Shown here piece after piece: positions 45,393 through 56,221 of a stretch of 64,000 nt of DNA. A program made the translations under genes and the position numbers. Positions within the stretch are counted from its first letter, which is position 1; each line of letters opens with the position of its first letter. A model generated the notes under the pieces. It searched no databases and was not told where the DNA came from. It saw only the letters and a list, made by a program, of their open reading frames with translations. The stretch is from a virus (lineage: Duplodnaviria > Caudoviricetes): positions 1 through 64,000 of the IMG/VR virus record IMGVR_UViG_3300013121_000025. One strand, given 5' to 3'.

Positions 45393-48296
45393 TTAATTTG
45401 TTGTTGTAAAGTATATAGTTGCTTGCCAATCAATCGTCTCACCAGATTCACCTGTTGCACGTACACGCATTGTTGATCCTGAAATATCAAGATCAAGAGC
45501 CCATACTCCTGCACCAGTATCATAGTAGGTAGGTGAACCTGCAGGACTTGCTACACCTACAGTATAACCAACTAATGTATATGTTCCGCCAACATTTTTA
45601 ACCAACCCTTCGATAGGCCACATTGCTGTATCTCCAACAGTATTTGATCCTGCAGTACGATAAGCACTTACAACGCCTTTGAACCCACAAGCTGAATCTG
45701 ATGGTATTGTAATGCTGCCTATTGTAGTTATTGTTGCATCAGTTGTTGTTCCCCCCACCATAACATCCATTGAGCGACCATTCGATGTATCGTGGACATG
45801 TTGTCGTTCATTACTATTGAATGTATTTGCGTTTAAACCTAAAGCAAAAGAATTTGACTGATCAGCAGTAGCGCTAGGTCCAAGTGCAATGCTGTTTGTT
45901 CCTGTAGCGCTGGAAGAGGTGCCTATCGATATGGCCGACGAACCGGTAGCACTAGCAGAAACTCCTATCGATACCGCTGAAGGACCATCTGTTATTGCTC
46001 CATAACCAATAGCAATATCGGAATCATTCGAAGTTTGTGCTATTCTACCAATGGCTATACTATTAGAGGAAACAGTACTAGCATCATATCCAATGGCTAA
46101 CGAAATCGACCCTTCAGTATACACACTATATCCAATTGCAATGTTATAACCGTTGCTTGCATTTGCTTGATATCCTAGACCTATTGCATATGCAGATGCA
46201 CTAGTGTTTGTTCCGATGGCGATTGCTTCTGTTAATGCTGTAGGTGAGTTACCTATAGATATACCGTTTGTATAATTTGATGTAGCATCATATCCAATTG
46301 CTACTATTCCACCATTGTCAGCTAGTGAGGAATAACCGATGGCAACACCACTTGTTGTTCCAGCATTTGCTAGTTTACCGACAGCGACCCCGTTTGCTCC
46401 ACCAGCGGCTGCATAACTACCAATCGAAACGGAGTTTCCGCCTGATGAGGAGGTAATAAATCCTATCGAGATTGATTCTCCGGCAGCACTGCATCCGGCT
46501 CCTATTGCTATTCCATTTACTTGTGAAACAGCACTTGCTCTACCAATGACAATAGCATCTGAAGCTGACGCTGTACTATTATATCCAAGGACAGTACTAT
46601 AAATACCTGAACTTGTAGTATCTTTTCCAATTGCAATTGCTTGTACAGCTGTTGCAGCAGCAGAATATCCTATAGCAATTGCGCTGTCAGCAGTTGCAGT
46701 TGTGCTTCTTCCGAACGAAATTGTATTTGTAGAAGACGCGATTGAAGCATAGCCGATTGCAATACCACAGTTGGAACTTGCAGAGGTTGTTGCAGCTTGT
46801 CCTATTGAAATTGCATAAGAAGAACTACTTACTGCGTTTCTACCTATTGTTACAGATTCTTCAGCGTAGTTATTTGCAGCAGCTCCATGTCCTATTACTA
46901 CAGCTCTGTTACAATTATCTCCATACGAACTTGATCCGCCAATAGCAATTGCTCCATTAGCTCCGTAGCCCGAAGCACTAGTACCTATTACGATTGCACC
47001 CCCGTATCCAACATTACCATCAATTGTTGCTCCATCGCCTATTGCCATACAGAAACCGATGCCAGGAGTATTTGTGACAGAAGCTCCATTGCCGATTGCT
47101 AAATTTCGTGTTTGAGTAGCAATTGCTGAAGGACCAATGGCAACACTATTAGAAGAATCTGTCGATGCTCCATGTCCAATGGAAAGACTCGATGCTCCTG
47201 CTGCTGTAGAATTTATTCCTATTGCAGTAGCATTAACAGCAGAAGCAGTACTATTATTACCAATAGCAACTGCTGAAATTGCAGATGCATCACTTGAAGA
47301 ACCCACTGCTATTGCATAATTGGCTGAAGAAGTTGAAGAATTGCCCATTGCGAGAGCTTCTGTTCCTGTAGCACTTGCTGCCGTAGATGGTGGTGTATCT
47401 GCTGGCGTGGGGGCGTACCATAAACTTCCGTCTAGTGCAGGAGCTAATTCATCAATTGCTGCTTTCACATCAGTTGCTGTTAATCCCGATACACCATTAT
47501 CATAAGATATTGCAGATGAGTCATGAGCATCAGAAGTGTCAGTTAAGTGATTAAGTAAATCAATTCCCACTTCATCAATTGCTGCTTGAACTGTTACAGC
47601 TGCAATTCCTGAATCAGGGGAAGTGTTCGGATCAAAAGATATATCAGCAGCTGTAAACGACATTGCATCAATAGTAGCATCAATTTCATCAATAGCGTCT
47701 TGAACTGTTGTCGCAGTTAATCCTGATGTTGTATTGTCGTATGAAATAGTTGATGAATCTAAATTAGCAATTGTTGTTTCTACATCATCGATTCTTCCGT
47801 CTAATTCATCGATGGCGTCTTGTGCGTTTGTAGCTGATAGTCCTGATGGTGGTGAAGCATAATTAGGATCATAAACTACATCAACAGCATCCATAGTTAA
47901 CGGCATTTGAACATCAGGAAACACGTTTACGTTTGATCCAATATCAACAGGAGCCCATCCTACAACAGAATCTACCCACACCATATCGAAATTTAAATCA
48001 TCAGTAGTGATTTCAAGGTCATCTAATTGACTCGAAATAAAGTTACCATCCCCTTGTACAATTAACGAATTTGTTGAGTATGTAGATGCTTTAGCGATAA
48101 ATCTACAAAGAGTATCCGCATCAGGATTAGAAGGTAATTTAATATAAACAGGACCATCTGTTGTGTCAACTAATGCTCCCATGTTTCCACCTAATTCGTA
48201 AGGGGCGTCTATTGGACCATCATTAGCAGTTACTACTACATAATCGATAATCTCGCTTCCACCACCACCGCGTCTTATTTCTGATAGTTTTGCCAT
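45393..48296 (-). CDS. Tail fibre with long YadA/Hep_Hag-like head repeats
   Basis: More than 30 ~14-aa A/S-I-A-I-G..A.A repeats; four xxxAIDE stalk repeats. Confidence 0.82.
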   Translation of the reverse strand: MAKLSEIRRGGGGSEIIDYVVVTANDGPIDAPYELGGNMGALVDTTDGPVYIKLPSNPDADTLCRFIAKASTYSTNSLIVQGDGNFISSQLDDLEITTDDLNFDMVWVDSVVGWAPVDIGSNVNVFPDVQMPLTMDAVDVVYDPNYASPPSGLSATNAQDAIDELDGRIDDVETTIANLDSSTISYDNTTSGLTATTVQDAIDEIDATIDAMSFTAADISFDPNTSPDSGIAAVTVQAAIDEVGIDLLNHLTDTSDAHDSSAISYDNGVSGLTATDVKAAIDELAPALDGSLWYAPTPADTPPSTAASATGTEALAMGNSSTSSANYAIAVGSSSDASAISAVAIGNNSTASAVNATAIGINSTAAGASSLSIGHGASTDSSNSVAIGPSAIATQTRNLAIGNGASVTNTPGIGFCMAIGDGATIDGNVGYGGAIVIGTSASGYGANGAIAIGGSSSYGDNCNRAVVIGHGAAANNYAEESVTIGRNAVSSSSYAISIGQAATTSASSNCGIAIGYASIASSTNTISFGRSTTATADSAIAIGYSAAATAVQAIAIGKDTTSSGIYSTVLGYNSTASASDAIVIGRASAVSQVNGIAIGAGCSAAGESISIGFITSSSGGNSVSIGSYAAAGGANGVAVGKLANAGTTSGVAIGYSSLADNGGIVAIGYDATSNYTNGISIGNSPTALTEAIAIGTNTSASAYAIGLGYQANASNGYNIAIGYSVYTEGSISLAIGYDASTVSSNSIAIGRIAQTSNDSDIAIGYGAITDGPSAVSIGVSASATGSSAISIGTSSSATGTNSIALGPSATADQSNSFALGLNANTFNSNERQHVHDTSNGRSMDVMVGGTTTDATITTIGSITIPSDSACGFKGVVSAYRTAGSNTVGDTAMWPIEGLVKNVGGTYTLVGYTVGVASPAGSPTYYDTGAGVWALDLDISGSTMRVRATGESGETIDWQATIYFTTTN

Positions 48297-48306
48297 GTTT
48301 ACTCTC

Positions 48307-50163
48307 TTATATCACTACGTTATTATTTACTGAATCGTATGCAAAGGTTAATTCAGGCGACGGTTGATCGACCTCGAATTGTATAGGATATGCATCGTTC
48401 ATGATCGTATAAGTTGCTGACGGATGTGGAGTTAATAAGAATCTTGTTGTAGGACTAAATCCATATCCAGGTTTTGCAGCATCCTTCACTCGAAGTATAA
48501 AATTTGATTCTAACGTCTCAGGCATTATTCCTTCTACATCGCCACCCGAAGTATCGATAATGTAGTTAACACCAACTTCAATATTAAAAGGAGAATCAGC
48601 AATAGTTTTGACCTGCCATTCTGCGTCTAAGATAGCATTTTCAACATAATCAATTACATCTTGTGCAACATTATCAACATAACTTTTTGGAACTGCTTGG
48701 TTATCATACGTAACTGTTTCTGTGACGAATACTAAACTTGTGAATGTATTGTCACCATTAAATGTATTATCCCCTTCGATGATGTTATTATCAGCGAGCG
48801 TAACGAACAAAGAGGATGCATTTGTGATAGAATCTTCAACAAATTGTTTTGTTGCTGCTCCTAAAGGATCGGTTGGATCAGCATTCAAGATTAAATCACC
48901 TGTTAACGTTCCACCACTTAAGTCTAATTTATTATCACGTAGATAATCCAAATCATCCTGAACGTTACCGTTACTAGTTGAAGTAACAGTTGTTGCAGCT
49001 TGTGTATGTGATAAAGGAGTACGTGCGTCTGTTAAACGTGGATCAGTGTCTGAAATAACAATTGGAGACGTAGGAGTTGTTGGGACTGCTGATAAACGCA
49101 CTGTTCCTAATGTTAAGGTTGTAGCAGGATCTGCACCTGGACCCGGAGGACCTTGTTCCCCTGTTAATCCAGCCGCTTCGAATGATTGTTGAAATAATAC
49201 GCTCGTTGTACTTAATACTTTTGCAACTGCTGGTTTACGTTCTGTCGCCAATAATGGTTGTGTAACGAAGGGATCTTCGTAAACTAATGTACCAGCTTCT
49301 GCACCAATACCTACGAATAATCTCGCACCAGCATCTACTACACTTTGCCAATCCCAATCAGTATTCGTAATTAAGCCTCGTGTAACAATTGATGCAACTT
49401 CTCCTGTTGATAATGCGACAGGACAAATAGCAATTACTGTATCATTAACATCATTATAATCAGCAAGAGAAATTACAGGATAGTTACTTGTACCATATCC
49501 ATCGATTTTTACAACACTAAATGCAGGAATGTTTTCATTTGCTTTAACTAAAGTTAAATCTGATTCCATACGAACTGTATTTGCAAGTCCGCCATATGTT
49601 TGAAAATCTGATTCAGTTGTTAAAAATTCACCTGTGGATGTTCGAATTGCAGTACCTGTACCATCATATAAAATACGACCGGCAGGATTGGATCCTGTTA
49701 CATTTATATGCGAAACAAGTGGATTTTTATAAGGATATGTTACAGTTGATGAACCACCAACATATGTTCCTACAAATACTCTTACAACTGTAATCCATTT
49801 TCTGGTTAAAGATATATAACGTTTGAATAAATTATTTGTTGTATCAAACCAATGTTGATCGTTCGAAGGATTAGTAGGAGCCGTTGGACCATATACCATG
49901 TCATACATAGTATATCCAAATGTTCGTTCACCTGTAATGATATCTAAATCAATGTACAAATATGCAGTTTCACTTGCAGGAACGGCAGAAACGTTCCATG
50001 CTTGTAAAACGTTAGTATTTTCTGTGTGATAATAATTAGAGTTTTTGTATGCCAATGATAATTCGATTGGAAGAGTGGAAACAATCACATTGACATAGTT
50101 TGTGCTATATGTCAATGATCCCACTGGCATTCTAATTATTCCTTGACGGAAGTTAAATTGCAT
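48307..50163 (-). CDS. Tail/fibre structural protein
   Basis: APTNP...WFDT, collagen-like GEQGPPGPG, GGTLTGDL.L.ADPT..LGAATKQFV; CATAAATA at 50189-50196. Confidence 0.75.
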   Translation of the reverse strand: MQFNFRQGIIRMPVGSLTYSTNYVNVIVSTLPIELSLAYKNSNYYHTENTNVLQAWNVSAVPASETAYLYIDLDIITGERTFGYTMYDMVYGPTAPTNPSNDQHWFDTTNNLFKRYISLTRKWITVVRVFVGTYVGGSSTVTYPYKNPLVSHINVTGSNPAGRILYDGTGTAIRTSTGEFLTTESDFQTYGGLANTVRMESDLTLVKANENIPAFSVVKIDGYGTSNYPVISLADYNDVNDTVIAICPVALSTGEVASIVTRGLITNTDWDWQSVVDAGARLFVGIGAEAGTLVYEDPFVTQPLLATERKPAVAKVLSTTSVLFQQSFEAAGLTGEQGPPGPGADPATTLTLGTVRLSAVPTTPTSPIVISDTDPRLTDARTPLSHTQAATTVTSTSNGNVQDDLDYLRDNKLDLSGGTLTGDLILNADPTDPLGAATKQFVEDSITNASSLFVTLADNNIIEGDNTFNGDNTFTSLVFVTETVTYDNQAVPKSYVDNVAQDVIDYVENAILDAEWQVKTIADSPFNIEVGVNYIIDTSGGDVEGIMPETLESNFILRVKDAAKPGYGFSPTTRFLLTPHPSATYTIMNDAYPIQFEVDQPSPELTFAYDSVNNNVVI

Positions 50164-50219
50164 ATTTAATACCTACACTTCTTTCCATTATTTATGAAAA
50201 AGGGCAGTGTAATATGGTA

Positions 50220-50558
50220 TTATGGATTGTCCCTTTGATTCACTGCTTGCATGTATAAAGAGTGTAATAAAATATACACTTCGATATGAGAAGCATATTG
50301 ACGATTGCCGTCAGCATCGAATAATGGATCACCGGTAAAAGGGTTAACTAAAGGAATTTGAGTCGAAGGATTAAAAACAATCTCTGCAAAAGCAGGATCG
50401 GCAGGAATGGTGATTACTTGACCGTCCGCAAGAGCAATTGCGCGTTGTTCATGAAATACAATTGTTGGTGTTCCTCCGTACGGATTATCGATTTGTACTC
50501 GATGAGATCTTGTCCATTCTGTTCCTGCAATATTCGACTGTTTATAATTAGCTGCCAT
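50220..50558 (-). CDS. Small tail-module protein
   Basis: W.R..RV.I.NP.GG.P.I.F.E; GAGGA RBS. Confidence 0.65.
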   Translation of the reverse strand: MAANYKQSNIAGTEWTRSHRVQIDNPYGGTPTIVFHEQRAIALADGQVITIPADPAFAEIVFNPSTQIPLVNPFTGDPLFDADGNRQYASHIEVYILLHSLYMQAVNQRDNP

Positions 50559-50570
50559 AAAATCCTCTTA

Positions 50571-52028
50571 TTAATATCTATTACCAAATTCTGTTGTTAT
50601 AAGTTCAAATGAATCTATTTGAACGGAGTGTTGTTTGTTCGCGTTTGTTGTATTACTTACATGTAATCCAATGTTACATGCAGCAGTCGGAACACTATTA
50701 ATGGCAGTATACGACACGCCGTTGACAACAGGAGTCCACGATGTTCCGTTATTAAACGCTTCGAGAAAGTACCAAGTGTCTATAGCTGTTGCAATGGTCG
50801 TTGTAGCAGTTGAATCTACCCCACCCGTTCTTGTGTAAAAACGTAATGTAGTATCAACAGACAAATCTATAACAAAACGAACGCCATCTGTTCCAAGTGT
50901 GGTTGATGATATATCTGTTCCGATTCCAGCTATCACCCTCATGTTCGAAAATGTGGCGGTTGAAGGTACTCGAATCAACCAAGCCATATAATGAACCTGA
51001 CTTGCTAAGGTTATTAGAGTCGTAGCAGTCGCACCCATATGTAAACGAGCGGTCGCTCCGTTTGTTCCTTGAGGCGGTTGTAATTGAAAAATGCCAGGAT
51101 GATCTGATATGCCAGTAATAATAGCGTTAACGTTTGTGCCTGATCCTGTTACTGACCATCCTAACTCACCATATAATGCGGTACCAGAAGCAGCACTCGA
51201 TCCTACCATGAAATCATCATACCAACATCTACGTTTACGATTTACAGCCGTGCGGGCAAATAACGTCGGTTGAGCAGTTGTGCCGTACGGACTTGCATAA
51301 CCTTCTAATACTTCGTCAGATGTGTTAAATCTTAGTTGGCCATCTGTAGGCGAACCAGGACGTTGAGCTGTGGTTCCAGAAACAATTACTACACCCTCAG
51401 TTCCTGGCAATACTGCGTTTGATGCTATTTCGATTGTTGGATTTCCTCCTGTACCATCTCCATTTGTTAAAGTGATTTGGTTGGAAGTACCTGTAATTGT
51501 TACCGCGGACGTTGTATTAAGAGCTGTACGAACAAGTATGCCATTTGATCCAGGATCGTTGATTCCACCACCAGTTGCATTAATGGTTACATCTCCTGTT
51601 CCACCTGAGATGGAGATGTTAGTACCTGCTACAATCGAGGTAACACCAGTATTGGCAATTGAAATAGAATTTGCACCATGAGTTACAGAGATAGCTGTGC
51701 CCGCACTTACAGTTTTATATTCGAGAGCAGAAGCACCATTGTTCACGCCCAAAATTTGATTAGATGTACCAATAGATGTCAATCCTGTACCACCTTGACT
51801 TGTTGATGCAGCACCTCCAGGGGTTGCAATTACTAAATTTCCCCACGAAGCAGATTGAAACCCTTCGATAACTCCTGTTTCTGTGTTAAATCTAATTAGT
51901 CCGTTTGTACCTGATGGGCGTTCTGAAGTTGTTCCAGAAGATACAATTAAACCACCAGTGCCACCTATTCTAATAACACTATCGTTACCATCCGGTGAAA
52001 TTGTGTCTGTATCATGATCAATAATCAT
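50571..52028 (-). CDS. Tail fibre / receptor-binding-like protein
   Basis: GTT.ERP..G.IRFN (twice), GGTG, GVTSIVAGTNI. Confidence 0.75.
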   Translation of the reverse strand: MIIDHDTDTISPDGNDSVIRIGGTGGLIVSSGTTSERPSGTNGLIRFNTETGVIEGFQSASWGNLVIATPGGAASTSQGGTGLTSIGTSNQILGVNNGASALEYKTVSAGTAISVTHGANSISIANTGVTSIVAGTNISISGGTGDVTINATGGGINDPGSNGILVRTALNTTSAVTITGTSNQITLTNGDGTGGNPTIEIASNAVLPGTEGVVIVSGTTAQRPGSPTDGQLRFNTSDEVLEGYASPYGTTAQPTLFARTAVNRKRRCWYDDFMVGSSAASGTALYGELGWSVTGSGTNVNAIITGISDHPGIFQLQPPQGTNGATARLHMGATATTLITLASQVHYMAWLIRVPSTATFSNMRVIAGIGTDISSTTLGTDGVRFVIDLSVDTTLRFYTRTGGVDSTATTTIATAIDTWYFLEAFNNGTSWTPVVNGVSYTAINSVPTAACNIGLHVSNTTNANKQHSVQIDSFELITTEFGNRY

Positions 52029-55000
52029 TAATTAGTAACCTCTGTTGTTGTCACTGTTGCAACCCATCTGATCGTTTTTGCATTTTGACCTGTTACTGCT
52101 ATTCTTATAGATCCGTTTGTAGTATCAGCTGTAACAGCTACGTCCCAGGCAGCGTCCGTTTCACCAAGAATTGTCTTAGCAGGTGTTCCTACAAGAACAG
52201 TAGATGCTGCTGTTCCATCACGTTTGATTACACCCTCGAGTTTATATCCTGCGCCGCCGCCTGTTGCGTCAGTACGTCTTGCGGTAATAAGAGCTGAGAA
52301 CGTAAAGCATGAATTATTTGGTAATACTAATCTTTGCGAAGATCCAGCACCATCTAGGAATAATTCTGTTGAAGTATTATTAGTTGTTGTAGCTCGTAGT
52401 ATATACACACCACGTTGAGCATCACCAGCTGTCGCAAAACTTCCATTTGCGTAAGCTTTTTGACCCCAAATTCTTGCAGAAGATCCGTCACCAACACCAA
52501 CCCCATTTATCGATGACGCAGCAGATCCGCTACCGATAGCAACTGCATTTGTGCCTGTCGCAGAAGGAGTGGTTGGTGAAGATGCGTTTTCTTTATAAAG
52601 ATTGATTGGTAAATCACTAAAAGTTGCAATGGACAGTGTGCCTGTACCAGTAGTTGATTTTACAATACCAGTTGATAGTGCAGAGGTGCCAGCAGAATAA
52701 TCTGTTCCAGCAGTTGCAGCACTAATTGTTGAACCATTGCCTTTCAATATACCAGTTACGGACGTTGAGTCGTTTCCTGTATTTGTTCCAGTAATAGCAT
52801 CTAGTTTTGTTTTATCTGCAGCAGACATAAACCCTGCTACAGACACAGTAGCAGCGGAATGTAATGATCCACCTCCTCTATTTCCATGCGCGTGAACGTG
52901 ATCAGCTCGTGGAATTTTAGTGTTATTAATACCAGCACTTGAAGTGGTATCTGCTAACTCCGTAATATCTGCAGCGTCCGCAGGTGTTAATGGATCACTA
53001 CCATTAAAAGCGTGTCGACTAACGTGTGCTGATACATCAACACCATCAACAGTTCCTACGTTTGTTATATTATATCCACCAGCATTCAAATTGCCGGTCA
53101 TAGCACGCGCTCCGCTTGCTAATAGATATTGTGTATGATCGTCGTTGAGAAGTCCTTGCAAATCACCATGATTAGAAGAGCCAGCTGTTCCTGATGCTTT
53201 AAAACCAATTCTCGGACGTGCATCTTCAATATCGACAATATTGTTATTTCCTTCTTGAACATAAATTACAGCAATTAAGGTAATTCCTTCGTCGAAATAC
53301 GATGGAGGAGAAGGCAAATTAGAAGTTATACAGTCTTGTAAAGATGCATGTTCTGATTGACCTAATACAAGTAAATATTTTTCATTGACCCCATCCCCCA
53401 CAGTATATAAAGTATGTTTTGTAAAATAGCCCGTTGATAACGCAGTTAATATATTTCCGTTATTCCATTGTGTATTATTAACAAAAGTGGTAACAGTAGT
53501 TTCCCAACTTGCTGAACCATTATGATTATATTGCATAAAGGATATGGCAGTGCCACCAGTAGGGGTAAACGGAATTTCAGAGAAATAATATGAACCAGTA
53601 GTTATATCAAGCTGAAGTGTTGGTGAACCTATGTTCTCTGTTACAATGGATCCTGATACATATACTGGGCCTAAAGCTTCTCTATTAAATAAAGATAATT
53701 TATTTGGGGTATGTAAGGCATCGACGCCCGTGGCATCAATAATTTCAACATCGCTATTAGTTATAATACGACCAAGATATACAGTTGTTGTTGTATTTGG
53801 TAATGCTCCCGCATATTGAGCAGTGTTGGACGTTTCGTCGATGTATATATAACTTACAGAATCAGTTGGTAATAGTAAAGATTGAGCGTCCCAATTAACA
53901 CGTTTGATAGACAACCCATCAACAGTTTCGATATAACCAAATCCAGCTGTAATGTCAATACTTAATGGAGCCCCAGCGGTTATAACACCACCTGAATAGA
54001 TACCAGCAGTTAATGATTTTTGGATAGCTGTTGAAACATTTGTCACTTCACCATTTGAATAGTGTAGTTGTAAATTATTTGAAAGATGAAGTTCTCCATC
54101 ATTTGAATCTAAAAAGTTCCATCCGAAGAAGGCACTATCACTTAAAATCTTAGTATAATCCGACATTGTACCAACAAAAGAACCTGTACCTGATGGATGT
54201 TCAATCCATATATTATAGAGTTCATTATTATTAGTCACAGATAATAAATTTATTTGAGCTGGTAATCCTACATTTCCGATATGAACACCATAAGAGAAAT
54301 TTATTATATGTCCACTATTTAAATTTACTATTGCTTGATCTTCAGCATATACTCCAACCCCAAACATTGAACCTTCAAGACCGAAAGTATTGATATCAAT
54401 TTTTGTGTTTAATCCTGAAGCATATATTCCTGACGAGGGCAATGCTGGTGAACTAATTGATACAGGATAAACATAAAAATTCTCTAAACTAGCATAAGCA
54501 TCATATCCATTTGTTGCATTTGCATATACAGCATAAGAAAAATCACCATCAAAATCTAAATATTCACCATCAAAATATGTATTTTGAGTAGCACTTGTTA
54601 GTAATATTCCTATATCACAATTTGAAAAAGAAACTTTATGAGCTTGTGAAAAATCTCCTGAATCTAATATTGCTATACCAGCATATCCAGGACCCGCATC
54701 TTCGATAGTAAAGAAAGATAGTTCGTTCCATGGACCAAGTTTAAATACATGATGACTCGAAGAATCAGGTCTAATAACAGCACCTTGAATATTTAATCCT
54801 GCTACTGACACATAAGGTTTTGCTGATAGATCTAACTCAGGTTCAATATATAACCCTGGACCAAGATAAATTAAATAACGATTCATTTCACTACTGCTTA
54901 CGATTGCACTTATAGCATCAGCAATGCTTGTAAAATCTCCACCACGTTTTGCTACTGTAATAACTTTTAAATCTTGTCCTGATACGAAGAAAGGGGAAGA

Positions 55001-56221
55001 ATCATTAATTGATATCTTATTATATACCAGATTTGCGACAATATATCCTTGTGTTCCGGGATCATCAATATCAATGTCTTTTGCAAAAGAATCTTCGATA
55101 ATGGTACCAGTTGCGTAAACTTTTGTTGGTAAGTTATTACCGCTTTGATGGGTGTAGATAGCTTTATTCCATCCTGTTATATAAGAAGAATTAATAACAA
55201 TTTGAGCACCATCAGTAACGTCAACAGCACTACCAAAAACTAAAGAAGGATTTTCAGCAATGTTTAAAGATTGATTCGTATAAATTACAGAACCTGATAC
55301 GAACAATTGTGTACCAATGCCTGATGCACGTATAAAATTCGTTGGTAAATTACCTGTTAAATTTTGTTGTGCCATGCCTTGAACAGCAATATAAGATGCT
55401 GTAAACCCCAATGGTGTGTAAGCATTTGTTACTTGATCAGGAAAATTTGGCCACGGAGAATCGACTACAAATGCTTCTGTGAATTCTCCGTTTACAGTTC
55501 CCCCCATCGTACAATCACGACAAATCATGATTGCTAATCCGTAAGAAGTTACTTTAACTTGAGTTTCATTATTTCCAAAAGCTACTCGTTGAATGTGAAA
55601 CACTTGGCCAAAAGCATTACTATCAAGAGTAAAACCAGTGTAATAAATTGCACTACCTCCAACTCCTGTAGCTCCTTTCAATGTAACATTGTTGATACCT
55701 GCAGCAGGTGATCCTGTTACTAATGGCGATGTTGTCGTTGATGCTACAATTTCTGTTGAAGCGTTGCCACAACCTTCGACTGAAACGAATGATGGAATGG
55801 TGAATGGATCTTCAACGAAAGTGCCAGGACCTACACGTACGATGTATAAATTATTATGCGCAGCATCGACAATACTATCAAGAGCTGCTTTAATAGAAGT
55901 AAAATCATGTCCATCAGCTTGTTTACTTACAGTAATTACGTTTGCATCTTTGAAAGTTAATAAATTTGATTCATCGATAGATTTTAACCAACTAATTCCA
56001 TTATGTACTTCAATATTGCCCGTGTCAGTATTATAACGCATACGAGCGACATCAGGAGGTGAATTATCTAACGGACGTTCGGCAGTTGTACCAAACGGAA
56101 TATATAAAGCACCTGTTCCTTGAATTTTAAACGATTGTGTTTCACCACCCAAAGGAGGAGCTTCACTTGTATCGATTGTTAATAGGCCTTTAATCGACCC
56201 TTCGTCATGATCAAATAACAT
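52028..56221 (-). CDS. Large tailspike-like protein with two pectin-lyase-like beta-helix units
   Basis: 1397 aa; two V.K..G.DFTSI..A.....GPG...E caps; GTTAERP; C-terminal domain paralogous to the next gene. Confidence 0.75.
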   Translation of the reverse strand: MLFDHDEGSIKGLLTIDTSEAPPLGGETQSFKIQGTGALYIPFGTTAERPLDNSPPDVARMRYNTDTGNIEVHNGISWLKSIDESNLLTFKDANVITVSKQADGHDFTSIKAALDSIVDAAHNNLYIVRVGPGTFVEDPFTIPSFVSVEGCGNASTEIVASTTTSPLVTGSPAAGINNVTLKGATGVGGSAIYYTGFTLDSNAFGQVFHIQRVAFGNNETQVKVTSYGLAIMICRDCTMGGTVNGEFTEAFVVDSPWPNFPDQVTNAYTPLGFTASYIAVQGMAQQNLTGNLPTNFIRASGIGTQLFVSGSVIYTNQSLNIAENPSLVFGSAVDVTDGAQIVINSSYITGWNKAIYTHQSGNNLPTKVYATGTIIEDSFAKDIDIDDPGTQGYIVANLVYNKISINDSSPFFVSGQDLKVITVAKRGGDFTSIADAISAIVSSSEMNRYLIYLGPGLYIEPELDLSAKPYVSVAGLNIQGAVIRPDSSSHHVFKLGPWNELSFFTIEDAGPGYAGIAILDSGDFSQAHKVSFSNCDIGILLTSATQNTYFDGEYLDFDGDFSYAVYANATNGYDAYASLENFYVYPVSISSPALPSSGIYASGLNTKIDINTFGLEGSMFGVGVYAEDQAIVNLNSGHIINFSYGVHIGNVGLPAQINLLSVTNNNELYNIWIEHPSGTGSFVGTMSDYTKILSDSAFFGWNFLDSNDGELHLSNNLQLHYSNGEVTNVSTAIQKSLTAGIYSGGVITAGAPLSIDITAGFGYIETVDGLSIKRVNWDAQSLLLPTDSVSYIYIDETSNTAQYAGALPNTTTTVYLGRIITNSDVEIIDATGVDALHTPNKLSLFNREALGPVYVSGSIVTENIGSPTLQLDITTGSYYFSEIPFTPTGGTAISFMQYNHNGSASWETTVTTFVNNTQWNNGNILTALSTGYFTKHTLYTVGDGVNEKYLLVLGQSEHASLQDCITSNLPSPPSYFDEGITLIAVIYVQEGNNNIVDIEDARPRIGFKASGTAGSSNHGDLQGLLNDDHTQYLLASGARAMTGNLNAGGYNITNVGTVDGVDVSAHVSRHAFNGSDPLTPADAADITELADTTSSAGINNTKIPRADHVHAHGNRGGGSLHSAATVSVAGFMSAADKTKLDAITGTNTGNDSTSVTGILKGNGSTISAATAGTDYSAGTSALSTGIVKSTTGTGTLSIATFSDLPINLYKENASSPTTPSATGTNAVAIGSGSAASSINGVGVGDGSSARIWGQKAYANGSFATAGDAQRGVYILRATTTNNTSTELFLDGAGSSQRLVLPNNSCFTFSALITARRTDATGGGAGYKLEGVIKRDGTAASTVLVGTPAKTILGETDAAWDVAVTADTTNGSIRIAVTGQNAKTIRWVATVTTTEVTN

